Positions 13,021 to 24,688 are shown, numbered from the stretch's first letter. The stretch: DNA of 64,000 nt from Octopus sinensis (GCF_006345805.1 NC_043005.1:4216001-4280000); one strand, 5' to 3'. Numbers and translations: made by a program. The notes: a model not told the origin generated them from the sequence alone.

Positions 13021-13978
13021 TACACTCTTTTTCAAATTAAAATAGTCCATAAAAACTTTGTTAAAGTTTGTTTCAAACACAAGTTGTCTAAATTCTTCAT
13101 TATTGGGGAAATGGTTGTGTATATCCACAGAAATATGGCTATAAAAAGGTTAATGAGGACAGTTATTATACTAGATTCTTGATTTTTGTTTCAAAATTAA
13201 TTGAAACAAAGGCAGCGTATTTTAACAAAAATATGCTAACAAAAGGGTTTAAAATATTTCATTGAAGTCAAGAAGTAGCCTTGGATTGACCATTAAGCAA
13301 AATAGTACATGCTTAGGACATCAAGGGAAAGAGGGAACCCCAGAAATGGTAAATGGTTTATGTCACAAAATAAATCACTTTAATCTTGCTAAGAAAATAT
13401 CGGAAGTAGTTTATATGATGGGAAAGATAATTTCGAAATGTTCGTGGCATCATCATGGTGAGGATCTGATCAAAGGCTTTGCAATTAAAGAAAGTAGAAA
13501 ACTTGTCAAATATAAATAATGTGGAAGTATACAAAAATAAACGTTATTTTCCATCTTATTGTTAGTTTTGTTTCATTTTGAAAAATAAAAATGTATTTTA
13601 TGATTTATTATTGTTTATATTTTGAATTAGGCATATATGGGGGCAGCAAAATCTTTTAAGTGCTTAGGGCCTCTTTGGGTCTTAATCTGTCCCTGAGTCC
13701 AACATAAAACAAGATGATTGCTCTTATCTGGTACATCTTTGTTCATAGGTTTGTTAGATCATCCCTGGGCCCATGGTTTAGACAACATCAGTAATAATGC
13801 ATCATCTAATTGGCAGCCTGTTGTCATTTTTTGAAATTAAAAGAACTGGCTATGTTTAGTTGCTTTTTTTTTTGTTTGTTTTAAATAAAAAAATAATTTG
13901 CTTCTTGATCATCTTCTATATATCCTGTTTGGAATCCCTGGTAAAGTGGCGCCTGATTTCTTTCTAACGTGTTCTCAG

Positions 13979-14040
13979 TGGCATCTCTGTAAGAGACCAA
14001 TTACAGGAAGCGCGGACTTTACAACAGCAAAACCATCAAA
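13979..14040 (+). CDS. Candidate internal exon of unknown identity (possibly an alternative N-terminus of the spectraplakin): GISVRDQLQEARTLQQQNHQ
   Basis: CTAAC branch-like motif, then gtgttctcag| acceptor and |gtaatg donor. 62 nt, open in two frames, CpG-containing unique sequence. No recognisable homology. Confidence 0.4.
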
Positions 14041-17000
14041 GTAATGTTTTTTCTACTTTCATTACACTGGAAATATATTTTGACTACACTCACCCCGACC
14101 ACGAACATTACAGATGCATATGTTTGTGTAAGTGTAAAATACATATACGTACGTGTGTGTAATACACACACACATAGTATATATGTGTGTAAGCTTATAT
14201 ATTTGTGTATATGTCTGTGTGTGTGTATATATTTTCATTCATACACACACACGCATATCTTCACACTGTTTTACTACTTTTATATATTTTGTAATTATGA
14301 TGGGAAGGAACCAGTTTTCTTTGTTTACAAGATTGTAGCAGTGTTTAGATAATTCATGGATGATCTTCCTGTATTTGTAGTTACTGGGTTTTTATTGCCA
14401 GATTGAACCAATCTTTTACCAGGTTTAGCATATGTTTTCCATAGCTGTGAAGGAAAATAATTTTAAACTGATCCAATATAGAACATATGTCTGTCTGTGT
14501 GTGTGTGTGTATGTATGTATATATATATATATATAAAAGTAATAAAAAAAAAATAGTAAGGAGAGGTGGAAACTCAACTGCCATGCTTGATTTAGACACC
14601 AAATAAGTATTTTACCATGATGCTAATGACCTTTCATCATATTTTTCAGTCATATTTATAATCAGATAAGATTATTTTCAAGCTGATTGAGTGTATATAA
14701 TGTTGAGTTATCAGTTTAAAGGATCAGCTGATTACTGGTTCGTATCAACTGGAAGTTCTGCCTTGTATTAATGGTAGATGCTCTTAATTCTCATTGGGAA
14801 ACAGTAAAACCCAGAGAGAATAGTGATAGCTAACATTGTTAATACCCAATATATTTGTCTCTGATGGATGCTTCAAACTGAGATGCTATTTCTCTCATCA
14901 TTTCCATTATGGCCTTCATTGTGGTCATTTTAATGTCCACTTTTTCAAGCTTTTTTCATTAGAGAGGCTGAATTTTTTTTTTATCACTTACGGTCCTTTT
15001 TGTGGCCAACCCTTACCTGTTTCTAAGCAAGGTAAAATTTCCCAGGTGGACTTGATTTTGTTGAAGATTGGAAACCATGAACAGGGCTTGTGTAACAGTG
15101 AGGCTCATTGGAACCTTTTGTATGATGTCAAGTCAGATACATACATGCATTTATATACACACAAATGGGGGGTTAAATTTCCCCCTCTACCAAATCTACT
15201 CACAAGGCTTTGGGTTACGGTTAGGTAGCTATAGTAGAGGATATATATGCAAGGTGTCATGCAATGGGACTGAACTTGAAACCACATAGGTAGGAAGCAA
15301 ACTTCTTAACCACACAGCTAACAAAATAATTTGACAACTATCAATTACTCAGTCTGCTGAGCTGTAAAATATCCGTCTTGGACAGGTGCAGCTTCTATTT
15401 GATTTATCTTCTCAGTGTTTTAAGTCAAGCAATGAAAGAGATTTTACTCTGCCAGGCTGATATTTCTCTGGGTCTTGCATGAAGACCAGCTTCATGAAAA
15501 GCTGTCCCAACTCCTCAAAAACTGATCAGATCCCAACATTATCTCTGTAAGTCTAGACCAATGTTTCTCCACCCTCTTTTGCCTAGGGTCTCTTTTTGAT
15601 TCCTATTTTTCTCCATAGCCATAACATCAAACTGTATTTTTCTAGTTAAATGTTATTAGGAATCGCATTAAAAAAAAATTTTAATATTTTGTGTATTGCA
15701 GAAGTATAAGCAATTTATTGCAGACAAATTTTAACGACAAGATCTTAATATGAAGCCCTCCTCTCTCCAGGTGGCATGTGGACCCTGGTTGAGAATCACT
15801 GGTCTGGACTTATGAATATATGTGGAATGTGTGGTATACTTGTGTATACCTCAACTCTTTAGCATTCAATGGAAACCGGTTCAGTCATGAGGGATTAGGA
15901 ATTTGTTTGGAAGGTTGATGACAACAAAGTCTTTGTGGCTATCGAAGAAATCTGCCTCTAAGAATTCTGTCTGACCCATGCAAGCGTGGAGAAGTGCATG
16001 TTAAAATAATGATAATGTGTGTGTGTATCATGTATGTCTTGTGTTGCACATATCATGCAGTGTGTGCGTGTGTGTGTGTGCATATCATGCAACTTGTGTG
16101 AGTGGGATTGTCTTTTTTTGTAAACAGTTGGCAATTATTTGGTTTATTTGATCACAAATTGTGTATGTCATAAAAACCTAACGATGAATACTTTGTATCA
16201 TAAATAAGGCCATGTTTTGATGGTGATAATAATAATAATAGTAATAATAATAATAACAGTAATAATAATGACTATAAAATGACTGCTGTGTCTTATTAGC
16301 GTTGATTCATCTCATTAAACAGATGTGTCCCGTGACTTGAACGGATCAAAATAAATATCATCGCTTTGAAAGTGTGTGCATGCACGCATGCATATACGTG
16401 TGTGTGTGTGTGTGTGTGGTGGAAGTAGTGTGTTTGTAAATGCCTAACATTCTGACCCAGTTAACACCACCACCACAACAACAACCATTTGGTTCTTGGG
16501 GGCCAATAGCAGAGTTCATTCTGTTGCAAGCCCCTACACTGGACCCCTCTTCCCTCGCCCACAGTTATTCTTGTTCACTCGAGTAAGACCCACAATACAC
16601 TACTATCCCCCCCCCACATTTAGAAAGATACTACTGATGCTGCTGCTACTCACACGACCATTCCGATCCAAATTCAAAAGAAAGCTCCTGCTGCCACCAT
16701 CTGCAGAACCACCACCACCACCACTGCTACTCGTCCCCTTTTAAAAGGGTTACTTTCATAACACTTTTGCCAGCCATACCAGTTCCCTCAGAACATCCAC
16801 CTCTCTGCTTCTCCCTCATCCCCCCCCCCCTGCTGTCACAACTTCATCCAATCCGTCCTTCCTCTGGAATTTCCTTCCCCACTGAAATGTTTTTAGGTGG
16901 TTATAAACTACGTTGATGTTCCAAATATTGAAGAATCTGCTTGGCTCAGGAACACAGTCTGTCTTCAAGACTGATCTGCTGATGTGGAGTACTGATAGCA

Positions 17001-17078
17001 TCAGCTTTCATTAATCTCACCAGTCAAAGATTAACGCAAAGGTGATGGACACTCCCTGCCCTGCTTCTTCAATGACTA

Positions 17079-17118
<40 letters not shown>

Positions 17119-17660
17119 TGATGCCTTAAAGATTTTATAAACTTTCAAGAGAATGTGAAATAATAATTTTTTGGAACATGTTCTCAAAGCACGTAAATGT
17201 TTGACATCAACAACATTCAATTCTTGCTGGTAAGAATAGAGTTTCTAAAATGTATAGAGAAATTCAAAGGATTGCTTTAGTACAATGGTAGAATGCCAAT
17301 AAAGTCTACTGGAGCTGTAGGTTCAAGTCCAGAGGCAGCCTTTGACTTTTCTATCTTTAGGGGTTTTTCAACCCAATATATACATGTTAATATTTACAGC
17401 ATTTATAAGGTGGCAAGCTGGCAGAAACGTTGGCATAGTGGGCAAAATGCTTGGAGGTATTTCATGTCTTGGTGTTCTCTGTTCAAATTCCGCTGAGGTC
17501 GACTTTGCTTTCATCTTTTTGGGATTGATAAATTAAATACCAGTTGTATACTGGGGTTGATCTAATTGACTGGCCCGCCTCCCCCAAAATTTCGGGCCTT
17601 GTGCCTAGAGTAGAAAAAAGAATATTTATAGCATTCATGTGCTTCAAGAACCAATTCCTG

Positions 17661-17686
17661 TACACACACTCACACACACACACACA

Positions 17687-17757
<71 letters not shown>
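17661..17757. repeat. (CA)n microsatellite, longest in window
   Basis: Direct reading. Confidence 0.98.
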
Positions 17758-17760
<3 letters not shown>

Positions 17761-17836
17761 ACCCTACATTCAGTTTCCATTCACCAAATCCATCCACAAG
17801 GCTATGGTCAACCCAGGGCTATAGCAGAAGACAAAC

Positions 17837-17870
<34 letters not shown>

Positions 17871-18431
17871 ATTATTTATACTTTCCACATACATAAAAAT
17901 TCACATAATACTATGGAATTATTGAAATTGGCATTGTTGTTGCTATGGCAATGCTACTTTGTTTATGGACTTCCAATTGTATTTTTACTTTATTTAATTC
18001 AAGATGAAAGAGGTCATTTGAATTTATGATTCTATAACTTTATTGTGCCATAGACTTATTATTTCTTTGTACATTTCATGATCTGATTATTCCTAATTAA
18101 ATTCATTTGAATGCTTCTGTTGTTGTTTCTTTAGATTTATAGAAATTATTGTTGAAAAATGTTTCTAAGTTTCTAATCTCCTGCTCAGTGTCGTCACGGA
18201 TGAATGAGATTTCAGAAAAATCTACTACAGTAGTGTAATTGTAAACAAACAGATTTTTTTCATTATATGTGTGTGGTGGATTGCTGAATCATTGGCACGT
18301 TGGAAAAATGCTCTGCAGTATTTGTTCTACTGCTAGATTTTGAGATCAAATCTTGCTGAGGTCAATTTTGGGAAAATCTACCATACTGGTGAATCAGTGT
18401 AATAGATATAATATATATATGTGTGTGTGTG

Positions 18432-18444
<13 letters not shown>

Positions 18445-18467
<23 letters not shown>

Positions 18468-20140
18468 AATGATTGGTGTAACAGCATTATAGTCAACTGC
18501 TTCAAAGGCAAAGGTAATGCCTTCGACAGAAATAATTCAGAAGAATCCAAATTGCTGAACCAAGTGATGAAAGTCACAGAAAGGTTCATAGTTCAATTAA
18601 TTAGGGAGAGAGTTAGTGTAGATGAAATATGGTTTGGATTTGTGCCAGGCAGGAGCATAACTGATGCAATATTCCTAGTTAGGAGAAATATGTAGCCAAA
18701 AACGTTGTACCTGGCTTTTGTTGACTTGGAGAAAGCCTGGTCAATGCAGAAGCTGGGGATAGCTGAGTCGTTAGTGAGAGCAGTACAAGCCATGTACAAG
18801 GATGCGGCCAGTAGGTGAATGTTGGCAACAAGTATAGCAATGAATTCAGTGTACAGGTAGGAGTCCACCAAGGCTTACTTCTCAGCCCCCTCCTGTTTAT
18901 CTTAGTCCTCCAGGCCTTAACAGAGGAATTCAAGATTGGCTGTCCCCGGGAGCCCCTCTGTGCTGATGACCTTGCTCTTATAGCTCAATCACTACCTGAC
19001 CTAGAGAAGAAATTTCAGGTGTGGAAGCAAGGTCTGGAATCGAAGAGCTTTAGGGTTAATTTAGCAAAAACCAAAGTCCTAGTAAATAGGAAAACAAACA
19101 AATCACAAATCTCTTCTGGGAGATGGCCCTGCTTGGTATGTAAGAAGGGTGTTGGTAGAAACTCCATACGTTGTACCCAGTGCAAGCTTTGGACACGTTA
19201 GAGGTGCAGCAGTTATCAAAGGAAAGTTAACTGAGAATATAATCTTTGTGTGTGCTGAATGTGCAAGAACAATTAAGCACTAAAGATAAGCAGATAAGAG
19301 GCTTCCTCAAATGCCTGGGGGATTAGTAGTAGTAGTAGTAGATAGCTTCTGTTACCTAGGAGACCATGTTAGCAGCAGGAGAGGGAGTTCTGAAAGTGTA
19401 GTTGTTAGGATAAGAACAGGCTGGGCAAAGTCCAGAGAGCTTCTAGCTTTGTTGGTAACTAAGGGATTTTCTCTGAGTGAAAGGCAGAGTGTATGATACC
19501 TGTGTACACAGAGCTATGTTACTCGGCAGTGAAATATGGGATTTGACTATGGAGGACTTATGAAGAGTTGAAAGAAATGAAGCTAGTTGCTCCTCTGGAT
19601 GGGTAATGTCAGTGTGCACATGTGACAGAGTGTAAATGACTTAAGAGGAAAACTGGGTCTAAGAGGCATCGGATGTTGTGTGCGAAAGTGAAGACTACGT
19701 TGGTTTGGTCATGTGATGCATATGGATGAGGACAGCTGCATAAAGAAATACCGTGCTCTAATTGTAGAGGGTACCTGTGGAAAGGGTAGGCCCAGGAAGA
19801 GGTGAGAGAGGATCTTTGGATGCTGAGCCTCACTGAGGAAATTACAAGGGATGGGAGATGTGGAAATTTGCTGTACTTGATATGACACATCAAGTTAGGT
19901 AAAACTGCTGTCTTCCACGCATATAGACTTGTCCTTTCAGGTGCTGGTGTTGCATAAACATGCTCATGCCAGTGGTACATGAAAGCAGCCAGAACACTCT
20001 GTAAAGTGGTTGGCGTTAGGAAGGGCTTCCAGCCTTAGAAACCATGTCTTAAGAGACAGCTAGTCTGGACAGCCCCTCTGCTAGCTGCCTTCGTTCAGCC
20101 CAAGTCAGCATGGAAAGTGGATGTTAAACAATGTTGATAA
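18445..20140 (+). mobile_element. RTE-clade LINE, 5'-truncated and degenerate (RT, PHD-like finger, C-terminus, 3' UTR)
   Basis: Broken ORFs give KGKGN..DRNN...FGFVPGRSITDAIF, FVDLEKA, VGVHQG..LSPLLF, ADDLAL, KTK, DSFCYLGD, LRWFGHVMHM. The 3' UTR has ggttggcgttaggaagggc...catggaaagtggatgttaaac and a GAT-type tail. Confidence 0.92.
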
Positions 20141-20412
20141 TATATCTTTTACTTGTCTCAGTCATTAGACTGTGGTCATGCTGGGGCACTGCCTTGAAGA
20201 ATTTTAGTTGAACAAATTAAACCCAGTACTTCTTGAGTTTGGTACTTATTTTATCCATCTCTTTTACCAAACCACTAAGTTACAGTGGCATAAACACACC
20301 AACACTGATTAAGTGTCGCCTCCCCCATACACACACCTAGCTTCCGCAAGTGTCAAACTAATACAGGTTTTGTTGAATTTTCTGCTGCTTTAAATAAAGT
20401 ATATATAGATAT

Positions 20413-21006
20413 CATCATCATCATCATTGTTTAGCGTCCGCTTTCCATGCTAGCATGGGTTGGACGGTTCAACTGGGGTCTGGGAAGCCAGAAGGCTGCA
20501 CCAGGCCCAGTCTGATCTGGCAATGTTTCTATGGCTGGATGCCCTTCCTAATGCCAACCACTCTGTGAGTGTGGTGGATGCTTTTTATGTGCCACTGGCA
20601 CAGGTGCCCGGTGAGGCTGGCAACGGCCACGATCGGATGGTGGTTTTTATGTGCCACCGGCACGAGGCCAGTCGGGGCGGCGCTGGCAACAGCCACATTC
20701 GGATGGTTCTCTTACGTGCCACCGGCACTGGTATCACAGCTACAATTTCCATTGATGTTGATCGATTTTTATTTTGATTCTGATTCTGATTCTCACTTGC
20801 CTCAACAGGTCTTCACAAGTAGAGTTTTGTGTCCCAAGAAGGAAAAGTATGCATAAGTGGACTGGCTATATCCCAGGTAGAGGCCATGGGTTATGGTCTC
20901 ACTTGTCCTACCGGGTCTTCTCACACACAGCATACTTCCAAAGGTCTCGGTCTCTAGTCATTTCCTTGGTGAGACCTAAAGTTTGAAGGTCGTGCTTCAC
21001 CACCTC
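20413..21006 (-). mobile_element. RTE LINE 3' fragment
   Basis: (CAT)n tail on +, ggatgcccttcctaatgccaacc motif, internal ~62-65 nt repeats, and ORF2 end gaaggtcgtgcttcaccacctc. Confidence 0.85.
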
Positions 21007-21303
21007 GACAGGCTTCTTTTAGTTTCCTAGCTTTGGCCAGCCCAAGGCTATAGTAGGAGACACTTGCCCAAAGAGTCACTCTGTGGGACTGAATCCACAG
21101 CCATGTGGTTGGGAAGCAAACTTATTACCACACAGCCATGTGTGTGCGTATACACACACACACACACGCAGCCAGCTGTCACCCATGACTAAGTATGGTT
21201 TGGTACCATGTACCCTGGTTTCACTAATTGTTTTATGTCTCTGTTGTCACTTTCTTGAGTTTCCCTGTCCCTTGACCCAGCAACATACCCTGAATGTGAC
21301 AGC

Positions 21304-21366
<63 letters not shown>

Positions 21367-21591
21367 CTGTACTCAACTGGCTCTCATTTTCAGCTGTCTA
21401 AACTGGAGCAATGTGAAATTAAGTGTCTTGCTCAAAGACATAATGCACTGCCTGGACCAGGAATTGAATGGATGACATTATGGTCATAAGTTGAACACCC
21501 CTAACAACTAAGCTTCACTATACACACACACACACACCTCTCCCCCACTTGTGTATGTGCATATATATCATCATCATCTAACATTTGTTGT

Positions 21592-21640
<49 letters not shown>

Positions 21641-21914
21641 AACACACACACACCCCTCTCCCCTACGTGTATGTGCATGTGTATATATATCTCATCATTT
21701 ACCGTATGTTGTCCATATATATATTGAAAAGGTTGCAAGACTGCAATGAAAATTTTAGAAAAGAAATAAGTGGAAATTTTACCGGTGAGTGTGTTAAATA
21801 ATAAGGCATTAAAAGAATGACTCTCCCCAGACACAACAATATATATATATATACCAAATGTAAAATTAAAAGAAAAATTTGATGATTTACCAACCTCTGT
21901 ATTCTTTATAAAAG

Positions 21915-22615
21915 CACCATTTGAGCATTGAGCCTCATGGAAGCAATGTGACCGATGCCAGTGTCACATAACTGGCACCCGTGTTGGTGGCACATAAAAG
22001 CACCCATTACACTCACAGTGGTTGACATTAGGAAGGGCATCCAGGTGTAAATCATCATCATCATTTATCGTCTGCTTTCCATGCTGGCATGGGTTGGATG
22101 ATTTTGACTGAGGGCTGGCGAACCAGATGGCTGCACCAGGCTCCAATCTTGATTTGGCAGAGTTTCTACAGCTGGATTCCCTTCCTAATGCCAACCACTC
22201 AAAGAGTGTAGTGGGTGCTTTTACATGCCACTGACACGGGGCCAGTTAGGCAGTACTGGCAACGACCTCGCTCGAATCTCTAACACATGCCACCAGCACA
22301 GGTGCCAGTAAGGCGACGCTGGTAACGATCATACTCAAATGGTGTCTTTTATGCGCCTCCGGCACAGAGGCCAGATAGCCGCTCTGGCAATGATCACGCT
22401 TGGATGGTGGTCTTACTAGCTCGGTGCTTGAGTGCCAGTAAGGCGATGTTGGTAATGATCACGCTCGAATGGTGCCTTTTAAGTGCCACTGGCACGGAAG
22501 CCGGTTAGAAACCATGCCAAATCAGACTGGAGTCTAGTGCAGCCCTCAGCTAACCAGTCCTGGTCAAACCATCCAACCCATTCTAGCATGGACAGTGGAC
22601 GTTAAATGATGATGG
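21915..22615. mobile_element. RTE 3'-end copy (+) interrupted by an RTE 3'-end copy (-, ~22052-22500)
   Basis: The + copy breaks at ...gggcatccaggtgta and resumes at gaaaccatgcc. The insert starts with (CAT)n in the opposite orientation. Confidence 0.8.
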
Positions 22616-22619
22616 TAAT

Positions 22620-22654
<35 letters not shown>

Positions 22655-23279
22655 GCATATTCATACATACATACTGATAATAGTAATGTTAAGGTGGTGG
22701 GGTGGTGGCAGAAGGATGGCAATAGGAGTACCTGTCATAGTATTGAATGTGGTGACAGCAGTGTCACTTGGTGGTGGTGGTGGTGGCAGTAGTAGTTGTC
22801 ATGTCAGTCATGTAGTAGTGAATGTGGGGGTGATAGTGGCAGTAGTGTTTGTGATGGTGGTGGTAGTGTTAATTATGGTGGTGCAGCTAATCGCCAAACT
22901 GCATTAACATCACCTTACAACAGTTGTACAGGCTGTGGTGATGGGGGTGGGCGGTTGGCCAGGATTTGTTTTGAAATACATTGACATTTAACCGAGATCT
23001 GTACAGAAGTTAATTAATGACTACAGCCTACCCTTTCCGGTTCACCTCGTTATGTTTACATAGCATCACCACCACTACCATCCTCTCTTCTACTGCTGCC
23101 TGTACAACATTCCTAAGGTCTCTTATCTGGACCCTTCATCAACTCCTCAACTAGTTTCCAGCTAACTTTACCAGTTTGTCGACCTTATATCTTGTGATTG
23201 CACTTTGTAAAACAAACACACGCAGGCTGACAGACTCCTCACTCTCTTCCCTCTCCTCTTCTCATAACTTTCTCTTCTT

Positions 23280-23313
23280 TATCTCCCCCCCCCCCCTCTT
23301 TCTCCAGGTATGT
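23280..23313 (+). promoter_or_regulatory. Candidate recursive splice site or alternative donor (polypyrimidine tract-CAG|GTATGT)
   Basis: An almost pure pyrimidine tract of ~70 nt ends ctctttctccAG (23306-23307) and is immediately followed by GTATGT. Confidence 0.35.
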
Positions 23314-23530
23314 TTAGTGTGAAGTTAAATGTTGCCATACCTGAACCTTTGAATTATTTGTGGGGCTGGTCTTTTCTCTCTCATCTTCACAAAATTGGCA
23401 TATTCATACATAATAAATATATATATATATATATATTGGTAAAACGGTAAGATAACAAAAGAAAGAAAGAAACCTCAATATTATGTAAATAGAGTAATTT
23501 ATCTGTAAATATAATATAATATATATTCAA

Positions 23531-23604
23531 TAGCCAAGATAAAACTCCGAGTTTCAGATGCTGAGGTGGAAATCCACACCACCATCTTTTCAGTTATCCG
23601 GCCA
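23531..23604 (-). ncRNA. Type I hammerhead ribozyme motif (family B), inverted partner with core mutation
   Basis: The - strand has the same layout with near-palindromic helix III ACTCGGAGT, but the core reads CTGAAAA (G8 to A), so it is probably inactive. Confidence 0.5.
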
Positions 23605-23626
23605 TCGAAAAAAAAACAAAAAACGA

Positions 23627-23700
23627 TGGCCGGATAACTGAAGAGATGGTGTTGTGGATTTCCACCTCGGCATCTGAAACTTGGAGTTTTATCTTGGCTA
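23627..23700 (+). ncRNA. Type I hammerhead ribozyme motif (family B)
   Basis: TGGCC-G-GATAA-CTGAAGA(23638-23644)-GATG..GTGG ATTT CCAC..CATC-T-GAAA(23676-23679)-CTTGGAG-T-T-TTATC-TT-GGCTA. Helix I GATAA/TTATC is extended by TGGCC/GGCTA, and there is a GUU triplet. One extra U precedes GAAA (non-canonical). Confidence 0.6.
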
Positions 23701-23749
23701 CCGAATAGTTGTCACATATTATATTTACAGATATATATATATATATAAT

Positions 23750-24033
23750 TAAGATTCAGTTGAATTAGGCACTTAAGTTGAGGCACTAAGTCAATCTGGT
23801 ATTATCTGCACAGCTTGAAGTAAGGTAGCAGCATGTAATTCTTCCATTCTCTTGTTCTGATGAAATTTTTGCTAAAAATTATACTGGAGTATCCTGTATG
23901 TTGAAAACTTATATTATACATCTGAAGATGGCAGTGCATTTCAAATTGATGTAATGCTTGCATTGTTCAATTAAATGGAACCACCTGAAATGGCGTAATG
24001 CACCAATACCTTGACATCCTTGTTATATGCTAT
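23750..24033 (+). mobile_element. Second copy of the family A hammerhead-bearing element
   Basis: Shares the 5' segment and hammerhead segment with the 62-kb element. Bounded by (TA)n on both sides. Confidence 0.5.
23917..24002 (+). ncRNA. Degenerate type I hammerhead ribozyme motif (family A)
   Basis: TACAT-CTGAAGA-TGG...CCA-CCT-GAAA-TGGCG-T-A-ATGCA. The internal segment gatgtaatgcttgcattgttcaattaaatgga is shared with the 62-kb copies. Confidence 0.45.
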
Positions 24034-24300
24034 TATATATATATATAATTTTGTTGTAGTTCCATATGACTTAGGACTTAGTGGGTGCATAGGATGTGTC
24101 CATCTTATCAGATAGTGCACACACACACACACACACACACAGTGTGCTTATATATAGATGTGTGTGTTAAATATAACATTATTTTAAGATAGAAGAAAAA
24201 AACTAGTTCCAAGAACGGAACCTGAAGCCTGCATTAATTGTTCACAGTTAATGTTTATTCAATTTAAAATGATTGCCTATAACTTATTTCAATGGACAAA

Positions 24301-24688
24301 TCTCTCTATATATATAAAGCTGAAGTTGTCTGTGTATGGCAGGTTCGGTAGCCTTCAACTGACACTATCTCCTCCGAGACCCTGCGGCGCATGTTGACCA
24401 AAATTGAGAGTATGATAGAAGAAGGCTTGCTCTTCATTCTGTAGAAGATAAAATTCAATCGGACCGTGTTAACACCAAAAATTATTTACATCAAAAAGGT
24501 GCTTTTTTTTTAATGAAAATCCCTATTTTTATGATTTTTGACTGCTGTGTCACCATTTTCCAGTGTATTTCAACTAGAAAAATGTCACTTGAGAGAATAT
24601 GAAGTTGCATAATGCAAATTTTTACTTTTCAAAATTCCATTCTAAAGGGTCGAAACAAACCCAAGCAACACCGGGTGATACTGCTAGT
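24301..24688 (+). mobile_element. Non-autonomous Helitron-like element
   Basis: Starts tc..tatatataaagc and ends with subterminal accc..cgggt hairpin followed by CTAG|T. No TIRs. Confidence 0.7.

Larger units (their letters stand above)
23448..23732. mobile_element. PLE-like foldback element with hammerhead-bearing inverted arms
   Basis: 77-bp arms 23531-23607 and 23624-23700 (4 mismatches) around a 16-nt A-rich loop, extending to atctgtaaatataatat/atattatatttacagat. Inserted between (TA)n tracts. Confidence 0.55.

Noticed and set aside
13262-13519. 85-aa ORF; likewise 29591-29845 and 16816-17001
   Set aside because: Non-ATG or unsupported starts, no recognisable motif and no convincing splice-site pair. 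Compatible with chance.
15416-15546. Exon candidate ending at a GTAAGT donor
   Set aside because: All three frames contain stops from either acceptor (15416 or 15456).
6066-23031. Shared 13-mer GACTACAGCCTAC at 6066 and 23019
   Set aside because: Many 13-mer matches are expected by chance in 64 kb, and there is no flanking similarity.
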